Source: Paragordius varius
Taxonomy: Eukaryota; Animalia; Nematomorpha
DNA length: 64,000 bases
Reading direction: 5' to 3'
Assembly (NCBI GenBank): GCA_964247055.1
Contig: OZ176050.1
Span: forward strand, 3,100,001-3,164,000
The notes under the pieces were generated by a model that was not told where the DNA came from, ran no database searches, and saw only the letters and a program-made list of their open reading frames with translations. Numbering within the stretch: position 1 is the stretch's first letter; the number at the start of each line of letters is the position of its first letter. Of this stretch, positions 13,380 to 28,156 are shown piece after piece. Both the position numbers and the translations under genes were made by a program.

Positions 13380-13985
13380 TAGGTTGGCAATCACATTAGC
13401 TTTTTGCAATGGATGAGGAAAGAATGTTTATGTAAAGATTCGAATGGTGCTCTTTTGATAAAATTTATTATTCAATATGTTCACCGTTTTTAACCAAAAG
13501 GGTGTAGTTGGATCTTTTCTTAATTCCATAGTAATATTTACAACCATTAAAATCAAATAAATTTTCGTAAGATAATTTAGAATCCCTGATACTAAATATA
13601 TCTTCTATATATGTACATAAAATACGGGGTTTAATATGATAATTCAACAAATATTTATTCATAACTTTCCATATATAAGTCGGCTAAAATAGGTGATATC
13701 AGTACACCCAATGAAGTTCGTCAACTTTTTAATTTATCATTTAAAATAATTTTTATGCATTTAAAAATTGAGTGTTTTAGGGTAGTTATGTATTGTTTTA
13801 TCAACTCATTTAATTCGTTTAACGGAATATTAGTAAAAAGACCTTTATATCTCAAGAAATTAAAATCCGATTTTTATTACAAGATCTGATTTATTTAGAT
13901 TCTTAAGTATTTAGAGACGTGATATGTAAAAGACTCCCGTGTTGAAGTGATATTAATTTCAATTTTCGGATAAACTTATCTTCAT
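13380..13985 (-). mobile_element. Penelope-like retroelement reverse transcriptase relic
   Basis: Collinear degenerate motifs YPKI..TSTRESFTYHVSKYL, IS*DIK/GLFTNIPL, SLGVLISPILADLYMESYE and KPRILCTYIEDIFSI. These match the Penelope RT consensus (LPKIHK, SFDVxSLFTNIP, MGSPLSPxLANxYME, RYVDDIF). Confidence 0.8.
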
Positions 13986-14408
13986 GTAACATAAAATATA
14001 AAAAGGACAAAAACACTTACTTAAAGATTACTCTCATCATACCACATTTAACAAAACATTTGGGAGTAGTTTAGTTCCATAGGGCGATTTAAAATCAAAT
14101 GGTTTTCAAATTAAAAATCCTATCGTAAACTTTTTATTCGTTGGGGTGTAATTAAGCAAGTTTTTTTATCAAAAATAATAATCAGCTGTAATCGATCCAA
14201 GATTATCTTTTAAATCGAAGCCAAATATAAAACAAAGTTATAATTTAATATTAAAAAACAATGTTTAATAATTTGATTCTAACCTAATTAATCATCCACA
14301 AAAAGTAAAGTACGTATTAATTAATAAATTTATTTGTGTTTGCTAAACTTAATGTATGAATCATTTAAGGGCGAACAAAAGTAGGATTAATTCTGTGTGA
14401 TGGTGTTC

Positions 14409-16266
14409 TCAATCAAAAAGACCAAATCCCATATCGTCGTCTTCTTCCTCACTTTCTTCCTTCTTCTTTTCTTCAGCAGCGGCTGGTTTACCAGCTTTTT
14501 CATCTTTTTTCGGCGCTGCCGCCGCGGTATCTACAACAGGGGCCGCTAGGGCTGCTAATTTCGATGGATCCCTAATGTATTCCTTAATCTATCACCAAAC
14601 GATAAAATTGTGTAAAATAGAGTGGAGTATCTATCATAAAAAAAGCTTTCTGACTATAATTTAAACTTAGTACATCATATTATAGAGCTTTGTTTAATAT
14701 TTAGAATTCAAAAATTTATAGACAGGTGTAATTACCTTATCTTTAATTTCCCTTTGATTATTTTAGCCAAAATAATATAAAATATTATTTTTTATGCATA
14801 AATAGTAACAATTGTTAAATTTTGAAAATACTTAACACCAAAATGAATTTCATTGACTTAATATGCATATGATCCAAATTTTCATTGGTTTTAAGACAGA
14901 TTAAAAAATAATTTCAAATAAAATCAAGATTAATAATTGACATAAACATTGAAAATGCTATAAATAATTTTTTAATAACATATAAATGTAATGAGTCTTA
15001 GTGGAAAAAAGTTTAAATTATAAATCTTTACAGTTTTTAATGGTACTAAAAAACATACACACATTTAATAAATTAGAATTAATAAATGTATATGGCAAAA
15101 TTACCGTTTCAGCCTCTTTGAAAGTAACATCGGTTGCCACGGCGATGGAAAGCATATTCTTGAAAGCGTTTGAAAGCATGTGTGGAACGGATGCCATATT
15201 CGGATATCCAATTCCCAAACTTAAAGCAGCCACGTTTTGAACGCCCTATATTTCATTTTATTATAAAATAATTTAACACAAGTTGTAATTTAAAAATAAA
15301 TAATAAGTGGTGAAACTTCTGTATTTTTTTTTGAAAAAAATAATCATGGTTTTGGACCCTAACATTTTTATTAAAAAATCAATTTTGTTTAGCAAATGAA
15401 AAATTTCTCGATATTGGCTATGAGATTTAAATATATGTTTAAAAAAAATATATTATAAGCTTTTGATGAATAACATAATTTACCTTGCTTAAACCTTATC
15501 TGTTTACAAATATAAATAAAAATTGAGATGATTTACCTTCAAGAAATTTTTTTGTAGCTCAGAATCCGTAATGTCCAAAATCTTTGCGTCAAATATACTG
15601 CCAGAATCATAAACTACACAAATTATTGTGACAAATTATACCGTGTTTAATAACAAGCCCATATGAAAATGGAGAAATGTTCAACATGTTCAGCAAGGTC
15701 GCTTCACTAGCTCCAACTTTATCGCCAGTTTTAATTAATGGGACATCATTCTAGAAATAATACGTTAATATACCAAAATTTCAATGGTTCCTCTGGATAT
15801 CTTAGTTGGAATCGACAAGGCTTGAAAAAATGACGTTTTTTCAGGACCTAATCCAGTATTCTGCGCCGGTATTGTTACATCTACAGGAGCTATGGCACCA
15901 GCCTTCGCAGGGGCGGCAACTTGATTAACGTTAATTTTTTCACGTACATCCGATAAATCGTCTTTGGTGAATACAAAACCAATATTTCCTTTAATTAATG
16001 GAATCAATCTTGGTATAAATAACAAGAGAATACTTTTCAAGCGCTGGATTATTTTCAAGATGATTCCTCATAGCTTTCTTCATCATGGTATTTTTTCCCA
16101 TAATTAAGATACCTGTACCACGTAAGGATGTCCTAATTTTTTGCATTTGTTTAGATCCCACATTATCTACCGTAACTAAAAAACATTTTGGGTATTCATC
16201 CAAAGCATTAATTAGCCGTCCAAAATAATTAGCTTTCCACGTAGTTTTATCGGTATCACGACCCAT
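14409..16266 (-). CDS. RPLP0: 60S acidic ribosomal protein P0 (uL10)
   Basis: Exons 16266-16034, 16008-15774, 15750-15642, 15613-15537, 15245-15105 and 14588-14409. Motifs [11 protein letters not shown] and PAKAGAIAP...[14 protein letters not shown], with the canonical C-terminus [16 protein letters not shown]. Confidence 0.99.
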
Positions 16267-16350
16267 GTAGGAAGTGTTTTATATGTTTTTTGCGTAAAAT
16301 AATAAAACAACTGTTTTTATTTTGCGTTCACATATGTTTTACGAATTAGG
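16267..16350. promoter_or_regulatory. Putative bidirectional promoter, RPLP0/TTC7
   Basis: Only 84 nt separate the two divergent ATGs. The spacer contains two TTTTGCGT motifs and an AATAAAAC-AACT-GTTTTTATT inverted repeat. Confidence 0.6.
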
Positions 16351-19300
16351 ATGACTTTATACAAGGGGAGATTACGGATCGAGTTAGAAATTGAAAAGTA
16401 TCGCAATGAGGGAAATTGGAGAAAAGTTGGGGATCTTTCATATCAATTAAATTTGAAAAATATTACAAATGGTAAGATTTGTTTATTTTTACCAAAGAAA
16501 ACCTTGCTACTTTCTTGAGAAATGAGTGCGCTTTAGAATTGTTTTTGGAGGATAATGCCCCCAATGAAAAAAATATTGGTAAAGCTAGAAGGGCATTGAG
16601 AGACATTAAAAATGCATTTATAAAGCTTTTAAATACACCGTTTATTAAAGATAATCAGGTTTTGACATCTGTATTTAATTTTTTAGCAAGATATAGCATT
16701 TGAATCTGAATTATTACTTGCTAAATGTTATTATGCCTGTGGAAATGAGCAAGATGTTATGAATATATATACAAATATGGATCTGAATTCGCGTTGGAAT
16801 TTCTCAAATACAAACACTCGATGTTTGGGTCTCGTTGCCGAATTATATGCCATGAATGGTTAAAAATATTTTAATTAACTATTAATAAACAGTTGATCTA
16901 AAATTATAAAATATTGTTTTACAAAAAACATACCAAATATCAGGTAAATCGCTATACATTAAAATTAAGTAAGAAATATCTTAAAAATACATATATAAAT
17001 ATATCAAATGCAATTGAAATTTATGATTATTTAACCACCTTTTAAAACATTTATTTTAGCTTTTTGCCTTGAACGTAAACCACCATCATTCATTGTCCAT
17101 TCGAAATCTGGCCTTCATCTTAGGGTAATTTTAATTATTTTACATATGCTTTTCTTTCTCTTTTTTTGGTTATTTTAGATGTTTATCAATACTTTATCCT
17201 CAAGTTTAAGACTTATCTTTTATGTTTTTCTAAATTCAATTCTTATTTATGTGGCGTTAAAAGGTATAAACAATAAGGATGAATCGGAAATTTTGGGGTT
17301 CGCATGAGTGTATAGATTTAAATTTAAAAATTAGCTTGTCTTTTTGTATTAATTTTGTATACTGAAATTGTGAATTTTTAACCCATATAAATGCATCTTG
17401 AATATAAATATTTATAATCATAAACTATAGCATACTTTATTATCAAAAAATAATAATCTATAAAAACTTACACATGGCATCAAGGTTATGTATTATGTGA
17501 ACTAATTCATATAATTGTTAAAATTGTTCAAAATTAAAGGAAGGCAAATTTTTCGATGTTCAAATAAAATTTTAAATGCGGTGTTTAATTTACTAAGAAT
17601 GAAATAGTTAAATAATAAACAATTTGATCGGTTCTCATTAGGGCTGTGGTTTCTACCCAATATAATATTTACGATCAGTATTGTTATTATATGAAAATAT
17701 ATATTGATTATCAAAATTAGTATATATGTTGTTAATTATATCTTCATCACATAACAAAAATTTGGTAATTTTTCAACTTTTTTTTCCCATTATTTTTAAT
17801 TTTACACTACCATTCTGTAATTTTATACATGCAGTTTGGGAGCTTAGCCCTTTAGTCAAAAAAAATATTTTTAAGTTTATTGAATATATTTTAAGAAATT
17901 AAATCTTAATCAAAATTTTATTTTGAAAATTTTAATTTTTCCTAAAAAAACTAAATGATGCGGATATTAAGCCACCTATTTTTTCCTTCAATTAAGGTCA
18001 TTATGAGTGGTTTCAATGTATACAGTATTAAAAATTTTGTCATGACCGAACATATTTATTTTGCCATTTATTAAGTTTAATATATCGTTCGTTTCATATT
18101 CTTAGTGAGATATGGGATCACGGGGTCCTTATAAGGGGTCCGTATGTACAAAAAACAGGGAATTTGCCAAGATTATTAATACTTAAATCCGATTTTATGT
18201 ACACATTTTTTCTATCATAATGATATTAAAACAATTTACAATACAAGTCATTATGGGGTGTGATTGTATGCTGAAAATATGAATATTTCTTTTGTTATTT
18301 ATTGTTAATCAGGCATATGGTCATATTTGTTTAAGAAAACTCAAAAATTTGTTAAGTTCATTATCATATATATATATATATTAATTACCCATATCTATCT
18401 AATTCATTTTTTTGATTCATTTTATATTCCATAGTCCGAAGGATTAAAAACAACAACACCACCGCTCGCCACAGATTATTGGATTGATAATGCACATGAA
18501 ATTGAGGAAATGTCTCATCAAAATGGTTTAAATTCTCCCCAAACGAATACTTCTTTATCTTACAAAAACCAACTTGAAAAGCAATGTCGATCGGCTTGGC
18601 AATCACAAATACTCAATGATTTAAAATATGCCCTTATATATGGTTACTGTTACCTACAACGCAAATATAATAAAGTTTTGACAGCAAATTCTACTGGTAA
18701 GAATTGAAAATTGGTGTTTAAATTCTGCAATAAAGGATATAATCATTTTTAGTATTTAAGTGAAACTATATTTCGTTTTTTTTCATTTAAAGCTTTTTTT
18801 AAAATTACATCCTATATATTTATATTTATATCACATAAAAAGGCGCAACACAAAATGTGCCAAACTATGATCCAAGTATATATGGGGGAACGCTTTTAGA
18901 TGGTATTATATGTCATATCTTCTTAAATATATAATAATTGCGACATTAATTAGAAAAAAAATTAATAAACTTAATATAGTCGTGTAAAGATATATTTAAT
19001 ATTTTACCGTGCAATCTTTTAGTAATTTATAAAAAAATATCGAATTAAGAAAATGACATGACAATATAATTTAAAAGTTAATTGGTTTTCTCTTGCTACT
19101 ACCTTAATTAATTGATTTGTACTAACTTGGTTTTTCACATACGCCAAATTCATTTGATAAATGCAACATTGCAATATTTACTATGTCATGATTATAGAAA
19201 TAAACGCACCCATAAACTATTTTAATATAACATAACTATATAATTGTAGCTAGTCCTATACCCCCTGGTATGAATGAAGACATTCGAAGTCAAAGTAGCG

Positions 19301-22300
19301 ATCGAAGTCGAAATCGAAAAGGCCTAGGCGGTAACGCATTAGGTTTGCATTTTGGTTCAACCACTTCAGGTGCCAGTAGCAATACAATGCTCTTAAAATC
19401 ATCAAATCGATATGAACCGATGGTTAATTATGCCACACATAATAGGACACATTTCAAGTAATAATTGTTTTTTTTTCTAATTTAATGTTTATAACTACTT
19501 AGATAAGGTTTTTTAACTATATTTTTTGTTTCAATTATATTTCCCCTAATTGGACATATTTCGATGATGGACTTTTTTTAATTTTTAGTTTACATAGTTT
19601 TGTTTTAGCCCGTTTAGCTAGTTTATATTTCATATATGTAAAATTAACGTACGTCTATATGAACATTTTGTAATAATAAGAAGGAAGTTGAACCAAAAAT
19701 TTAATGTTTGAAACTCTTCGCCAATAGTCAGTAAAAGAATATTTTTTAATGAGTAAACACATATTTTTGTTTTTCCTATATAATCTATACTATTATTATT
19801 ATTAAACGTATAACTGACTGTGTTTATAATTAATAATTCTACCCTTATTTTTAAACCCAAGAAAATATATTTTTATTTAAAAACCAAAATCCTTTTGCGG
19901 AACCGTTAGAGTTACGCTCAAAAGAATTTATTGTAAATTTAACATTAATGAGTTTTAAGAAAAACTTGATACAAAAAAGTTGAATATTTTGATATTTAAT
20001 TAAATATTATAGGCAGGCATTAAAGATTAATTCAATAGTTAATACATATTTTCCAGCTACGTCTTTTATGGTTTTTAGATTTGGACGAAATAAGAAAAAG
20101 CCAACCTCATCATGTAGCCCACGTTATTCACAAGATTCTGTGGCTACACTTGCTAGCATGGCGGGTGGATCCTCTAAAAAAGCAAGTGGTTCTACGCTTG
20201 ATTCACTCAATACTAACAATAAGACAACCACGAATTTAGAGGTTAAATTATTGCGGGGTTGTTTTTGACAACTCTACAATGGGATAGGGATATATTTGCA
20301 AATTTTGAAATTGTATTAAATTGTTTTTTTTATTATGTTTTAAATATTCTTACGAAAATATATTACAGTGAACATCTCTTTTAACTATGAGCCTTTTAGA
20401 ATAGGTATTATTGAATAATGAGCGCTTATAAACTAATATATATTGATATAATGAATTTTTCTGATTTTTAATAAGGGGTCCAAGTTTTCGAATTATGATT
20501 GTTTGAATTTGAATATTTTATCCCAAGGCGCAATTTGAAGTTATAATGAGCTAAGCAATATAAATTTATTTATAGTATTTAATTTTAATATATTCATAAG
20601 ATAATATTAAATATAATAATTCTTGTATTAATATAATTAAAATAATTAGTATATTCAAATTTTTGTAATAAGGGTCTTTAGGAACGTCTAAGGTTGTGCA
20701 TTTGACTGCTTTTTCAAAAAAGTCCGGTCAGACCCAGTCAGACCGTGGTCATGACCACGGTCATGATCACTTTTTACTTAAGAGAATATCATGCGATATT
20801 TAATTGTAATATAATGCTCAAACGACACTTGCGTTTCACTAATTATGTCATGTTTTTTCTTAAAAGTTTGTATTATACATTTTTTTTGATATTTATTATT
20901 TAATATTTTCAATCAAATTTAATCAAGAAATTTTGTTTTAAATAAATTTTGCCACATGTTTGTGACTTTCTAAATCTTCAAATACATAGCTTTTATTACT
21001 GGATATTTCAAAAAAAAATACCTAGTTTGTTTTACACACTTTCATCATAAGGTGTTTTTTCATTTTATTGGTTTACATATATGGAATAATTGCATATTTT
21101 GCAAAGTGCTTGATTGTTTTTTTCTAAATAACTGGATAACTTAAATGCTAATGTTATAAGGATGCTTAACAGTTTTTATTATATTGTTAAATAATATTTA
21201 ATTTATAAAAACAATAAATCTTACTATATATCTCTTCCAAAATTTTTTTAGCAATTTTTCAAAAAGCAGCTTTTTTTAAATGACTATGGGCAAAAAATAA
21301 ATAGCCCTTGACCTGGTCATGACCCGGTCAATTGACCGGGTCATGACTTGGTCAGCACAACCCTAGTAACGTCCACTGTATTGTAAATGCATTGTAATAA
21401 TATTATCAATAACTAGTAAAAGGATTTAATTATTACTAAAAACAAACATATTACGGTCTATATGCTATTTTTTCCAATCGAATGGGTTTTATATCTGAGT
21501 TATTGTAAGCTTTTTCCATGTGAAAAGTAATATAAATTATTTTCAGATACTTAATACGATCGTCATAACTAAACTTTTTTTTGGCGGTAGAATTCAAAAA
21601 AAATTTTTAGCCGCATATAACACACTAATAAACATATGTAGTTATCAAATTTACGTGATATAAATCAAACACAAACCACAAACTATGAAGTAATTGATGG
21701 AAATCAATCTATCATTACTAACAATAACATGATAAACACAAAAGGAAATGTTTTGAAAGACGCTCAGACTAGTGAATTGTATGATAATGAATGGGAAAAC
21801 GATAATAATATGGATCAAGAACAGCTGACTTATCCATCGCCTCCTGCTGGTTATGTTTTGGAGAAAGCGTTTTTAAAACTACCCATTTTATACCTAAAAG
21901 CTGGGTACATATCCTCTTTTTTTTATTTGAATTTAAATTATAGGATTTTGTTAAAATAAAATTTTTTCTTAAAACGGTTTTTTAGAGGCCTTATAAATTA
22001 GGAAACCGCGATTCCGAATAGTTATAATGTTTTTTTTTGATATACCCTATATATTAAAATTGTTTTAATTTTATATACTTTTAAAAATGATATATAAATT
22101 TTAAGACAAAAGTAGCATAATAAATTTGTTTTACTTTATATAAAAAATAAATTAATTTGTAAATTAAACTGTCATTTTATCCTATATGATTGGAACCAGA
22201 ACTTTCCACAATTTAATTGTTGAAAAACAAAGATTTCAATTTAATCTATAATTAAAAATTCGTTATCAAATTTTTATAAGATTATTATTATTATTAATAA

Positions 22301-25300
22301 TAAACTTTTGGTATGATATTACATTGATGAACGAAAAATTTCAATAATTTATTTTTCAAGACAAATCCTGAAAGCTATCATAGTTTTCCGGTTTCAGCTA
22401 TCACTTATGGAAACAAAATATACCCAAAATATTCGACAGGTAAGTTTTCTATATTTCAAAAAAACTTTAATTTTTATCCTTTAATTCGTGATGTTTTTTA
22501 GGTACTATGTCGACAGCTAGTTGAGGTACTTTTGAAAGGAACATCGGCCTCAACCTATGTCCCTATATATTTATCTGAAAATGAATTACAAAAACAGGGC
22601 ATGGCTAATTCCCAACTCAATGTATATAAAAATAAAAATTTATATATATATATAAACGTTGATTAATTCTATATATTATAATACCGTTTTATCTCTTTTT
22701 TGTGATTTTCTATTTTGCTAAGGATAAATTACTTGATCGATCGGTGAAGAGCAAAAATGGTTTTAAATTAATTTACGATTTTTCTAAACAAATTTAAGAG
22801 ATAAACGAATTATAAAATATTTACTATAAATAAATATTTTTACATTTTTGATTAATATGCATTTTAAATCCTTATGTTATTCGTGTGTTTTCACAAAATA
22901 ATATTGGATTGTTAGATTTTTGAGGCGATAACTAATTGATTTACAATTTCCTTTACTTATGTTTGGTAATTTGTTTGTCATATTAAGAATTGATTTCAGA
23001 TTAGTTGTCTTGCACCAGAACTTTTACTAATATCATTTTTTACCATATTGCCATTTAAGGCACACAAGTTATAATATTTCTTTTATTATCCAATATTTTT
23101 CATTGAATTTTGATATATACATTCTTTTAGATATTATATATATATATATATTTTATTCTTTTGTTTGGATATGTTCAATTTTTTATATATATTATTAAAT
23201 TTGAAAAGAAATATATTTTTAAAATTTACATATAGGACAATAATAATAGCACGACAATGTATCATGGGACGCATTTATCTACCATTTTACCTCCATCATT
23301 TTTGGCTGTGGATAGTGTTATGAGAGCCTTTCAATCACTTTGGATGAATTACATAAATGATAAGGATTGCCGATTAGATAGTTGTAATAGGATTAATGCC
23401 CCCCTCTTCGATAAAATTGAAAAACCATTGCAATTTATTCTGCCAAGTAGTTTAGATTTTTAATATCAATTCAATTTGCTGATAAGAATTTAAATGTTAT
23501 TAATGTGTTTTAATTATGATGGACATTGTTTTTTGTGTTAATATTAGTATTTATGCTCAAAAATAATGTTTTACAATATTTTTTGACGCATATTTAACAA
23601 GATTTTTCATAAAAATAATTTTTTAATTTCCAAAAATGTTGTTAAGTAAAAATGTCAATTTAACGGTTTTTTAATTTTTGGAAAATATATAGGCAATTTA
23701 CTACCAGCCAAACATGATTGGAATAAAGCGTTTGCCCCTCGATTTGTTCAAGATGAAGTTTTGCTTTGTATTCTCTTATCCCGATCGTTGGCTCATTCAA
23801 GCGCTGTCCTAAATCGATCGCCTGAATATCGGTTTTAAATTTTTTGATATATTATTACCAATCATTACTTTTTTAGTTTGCATAACTTTGATGTATTACA
23901 TTAGAGTAATAATATATGATACAGAGTTGTAAAAATTTATATGAACAAAATTATATTTAACCATTTAAGCCTAATTTATATACTTTTATAAAATTCATAT
24001 TAACAAAATTATATTTGACCATATTTATATACTTTTATACAAATCAAGCTGTATCCTTCCCATAAAAATTAGAATAGTATATACCTCATGCCTGCTTAAA
24101 CTTATCGTAAAAAATGGAATTTGAATATATTAAACATAAATATAATAAAATATTAAAATCAATCAAATTTACTATGGGAACCTCAAGGGATAATTTATGC
24201 ATTAGATGCCATTTTCATTTCTGACTTTTTTGTTTGTAAAATTGATTTAGAGCTCTTTATGCATAAACATCATAAATTGGTTGAAGTAATTTTTTTAATT
24301 AAAATATGTGTAAAAGTATTAAATCGGTACCCTTATTGATATTATCACCTGACCCTTGTGGAAATTCAGTTTTTACAATCTATAAAATATTTAATATTAA
24401 AAAATATTTTAAAAAATTAAATCTTTGTATATTTATAACACTTACCTTATGAGGATTCCAAAATATTACCTATAAAAAAATCTAGAAATGATTCAAATTT
24501 CCTCTTATTACAAAATAAAAGTGCAAAAATCAGCATCTCCTTAAATTTACAAGGGATTTTTTATAATAAAAAGGTAACCATATTATACTTTTTTTTTCTC
24601 TAATTCGCCAATGTGTTGGTTTTAGTGAAGCAAGACTAGCAACTGCGGAAGACGTGGCCCGCATTAATGATTTGCTTGTCCTTTGCATTGTTCTATTGGG
24701 TTCAGGTGGGATGTGGAGAGAAGGCATTCCTGGGTCACCCTTACTAAGCGATTATAGTGGTATAACTCACGCATTATTTTTTTACTTTTTATTCAAAATT
24801 TTTCCATGATAAGTTTTATAAAGAAGGGTTACAACTTTATAAAAATATATCTTACATATATTTATTAAATTTACGAAAAAAATGTCATATTATCCAAGTT
24901 TCAAAATTTTCTTTCACCGATTATGATTGATTTAATCTCTATATTTTATTTTTAGGGTATTGTTTATATTATTTTCTTGTTATATATGAAATATTAAATT
25001 ACAATATTTGAATTTGCGATATCGTGTTTGTTACAGAGAAAACGCTTGCTAACATTCGGAAGTATAAGATGCTAACAACCTGTTTGGAGCGATCAATCAA
25101 ATTTAATGTTGACAGGTAGTATATTCAAAATGTTAATTTTATATAATTTTTTGTATTTATGTTACACCATAAAATATCATAAAGTTGTTAATAATTATAT
25201 GCATCTACATTATAATCCTAAATGTGCTTAAACAACCTATTGTACACATCTATGTAAAACTTACAAATAGTTAATATAACCATTTTAAATCCATATTTTT

Positions 25301-28095
25301 ATACTTTAATTACCTTACTTTTTACTTTCAGATTTCACACATGGTATCGTTATGCTCTTGCACTATCGTTGTATTTATAAAATCCATTTTAATTCTATCA
25401 GTGTACTTGCTTGCACTTACAATATCTTTAAAAATGCCAAATCAAACCATGTATAAAATTCATATTTTTATACGTTGATTACCTTACTTTTAACTTCCCA
25501 GATTTCACACATGGTATCGTTATGCTCTTTCACTGTACACCCTTGCTGCTTCTTATACTTCGCCCCTCATTACACATCATTATGCGCATTCTCCGTTGCC
25601 AACGGTAACTGATTTGGGTTTCCAAGGAAAATGTACGCGTTGGAGTCATCAAAGAGGCGATATGTATCGCGCTTTTCGGGCCTTTGAAGAATGTTACCGC
25701 CTAAAGCCTAAAAATGTGACCGGTAAAATTTTATGCATACATTGTACAATTTTAAATGACTTTCTTGATTTTGTGTTTTTTTTGCAAACGGTTTATTTTG
25801 GGTTAAATTGGTTGTTTGAAAATTATTCAGCTTCATATATTTGTTAAATTCGTATTTAATATATTCAGACCTATTATAAAACATTTGCAAACATGGGGTT
25901 GTCAGTTTTATTGCATAAAAATGATTAAAAAATATATATATATTTATGTTTAAGTAAGCTTTATATGTAATAAAATGGCTTATGTAAACGTTATTCTAGC
26001 CTCAAATAATATTTATAATATATTTTCAATATACACATACACAGTACTATTGCTTTTGTGCAAAATTTCGCTCGAATACCTGTTTGACATTGAGAGCGCT
26101 ATTGAGTATGCCCTTAAAGCTGTCGAAGTTTGCCAACAACAATCATCCCTCACTTCAAGTCATACGAGTTTGCAAGATGGTGGTGGCTGTTTCGATGATA
26201 CTCCTGAACTAAATTATAACTGTGATAAAAAAGAAAAAATGGATTATAAATTACCCACTACTGCTGAACATATAATTGATGATTCTGATGGTTCATACAG
26301 TAGTTATAGCATGAAACAACTAACTTCGGCCCGGGCTTATAATGCCCTTGGTGTGGCTTATTTCTACAAATCTCGCAAGACTGATATAACTTTCTCGTTT
26401 CCGCAACGGACTCGTTACTTACAACTTGCTTTGGAAAATTTTAAAAAGTAAATTTGCAATCTTATATATATATATATAATATTGGGTTAACTGGGGAACT
26501 ATTAAGTAATTGTTTAAATTTGTGTTATTCTAATTTTTAAACCAGTACCGTTCATATTTTTAAATCTATACGTTTTATATAATATTAATTCCTTAAAGAT
26601 TTTTGGGGAGGATGATTTTTAAAAGCGATTACATTCCCCAACCATAACCTAATGCCAACTATTGAATGGATAAATAATATATGTTTTAGGTTCATATTGT
26701 AAAATTTAGAAAAAAGATTTATTTTGCATATACATACATATGTATATATAATATGCAGAGCATTAAATCTTGATCCACAAAATTTGGATTACGCTTTTAA
26801 TTTGGCATTGCAACACGCTCTATTGCGACAATTACCACAAGCCACAAAACTTGCTGAATTGTGTCTCGTCACTGAATTAAATCATTACGAGGCCTGTCAC
26901 TTGCTCGTTTTATTGAAAACAACCATGTTATTCCCTAAAACAACGGCCCTTAAAAGGACCATTGAAGTTAAGGTGGTGAGTTTGAGATTGTAATTGGATA
27001 AAAGCATTTATGATATCGAAAGTATATCGAGTATCAAAAAATAGTTTTAAATTTTACAAGTTGTATCTACTCATTAATTTTTAAATTTTACAGATATTTG
27101 TAAATAAATCAATAGATAAGTTTATTTATCGACCTATTATTAGTGTTTTAAAGTATTCAAAACTTGTAAGTTTGGGGAACGTATACTAAACTTTCTATAT
27201 TATGGATTTATAAAATCGGAAAAGTGCATGTTTAATTAATTTTTAAGCACTCTATATTTTATTTCTTAAAAAAATTCATAATTTGTTAGGGTCCACACTG
27301 TATGTATGTTTTTTAAATATTGTTTTTTTTTCATATAGAACCATCGTGGTATAAATGAAAAAGTCAACATTGAACATGCTCTGGAGTTGATTGATTCATT
27401 AATCCAACAATCCCCCAAAAATTTTAAGTAATGTGTTGTTAAAGTTACATGAATGCAATTATCCATTTTAGTAAATTATAATATCAATTTTATTCAAAAT
27501 AGGAAATTATACCTTATTTATGTTGTGTTATTGTTTGTATCGCAGTTTATACTTTACGAAAGCCGAAATCGAAGCGAAACAAATTGGTTATCAGGCGGCT
27601 CTCGCTACCTATCGACAAATGCTTAATATTTGGAAGGAAGTTAAAGATAAATATCTTGAGAAGTAATATTAATTTTCAAAATAAATCAATCCCAAAAATG
27701 TTTGAAATCACCATTTATAAGTTTCCTTAAAATTACTTTTTTATATAATCATGGAATATTTATGTATTATTGTAGAGAAGCCGAATATCTAAGGCTTGTT
27801 AAGCGATGTGACACCAAATCCACTAAACTCGAAGAAAGATTTAAGGAAGCCAGTATATTTCAATTTATAATTTTTTACATTTTTTTACACTTAATACAAA
27901 AAATTAAAAAATAATTTGCATTATTATACAATTTTAGCACCTTCACAGCACAGTCGACAAGCCACTGAAACAATTAATTCGGAATTCATTTCTGTGGCAA
28001 ATACACCAAGCAGCGATCATTTGAAAACAGATGAAGTCAACCATTTTCAAGCTCTTAAATTCCATATTTGGATTAAGATAGGTAAATTATATCGC

Positions 28096-28156
<61 letters not shown>

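Noticed and set aside
14589-15536. Intronic snoRNAs in the two longer RPLP0 introns
   Set aside because: No convincing C box (RUGAUGA) and D box (CUGA) pair on the transcribed strand. H/ACA RNAs cannot be excluded by eye.
24530-24727. Minus-strand 65-aa ORF as a nested gene
   Set aside because: It is the antisense shadow of TTC7 exon 24626-24759.
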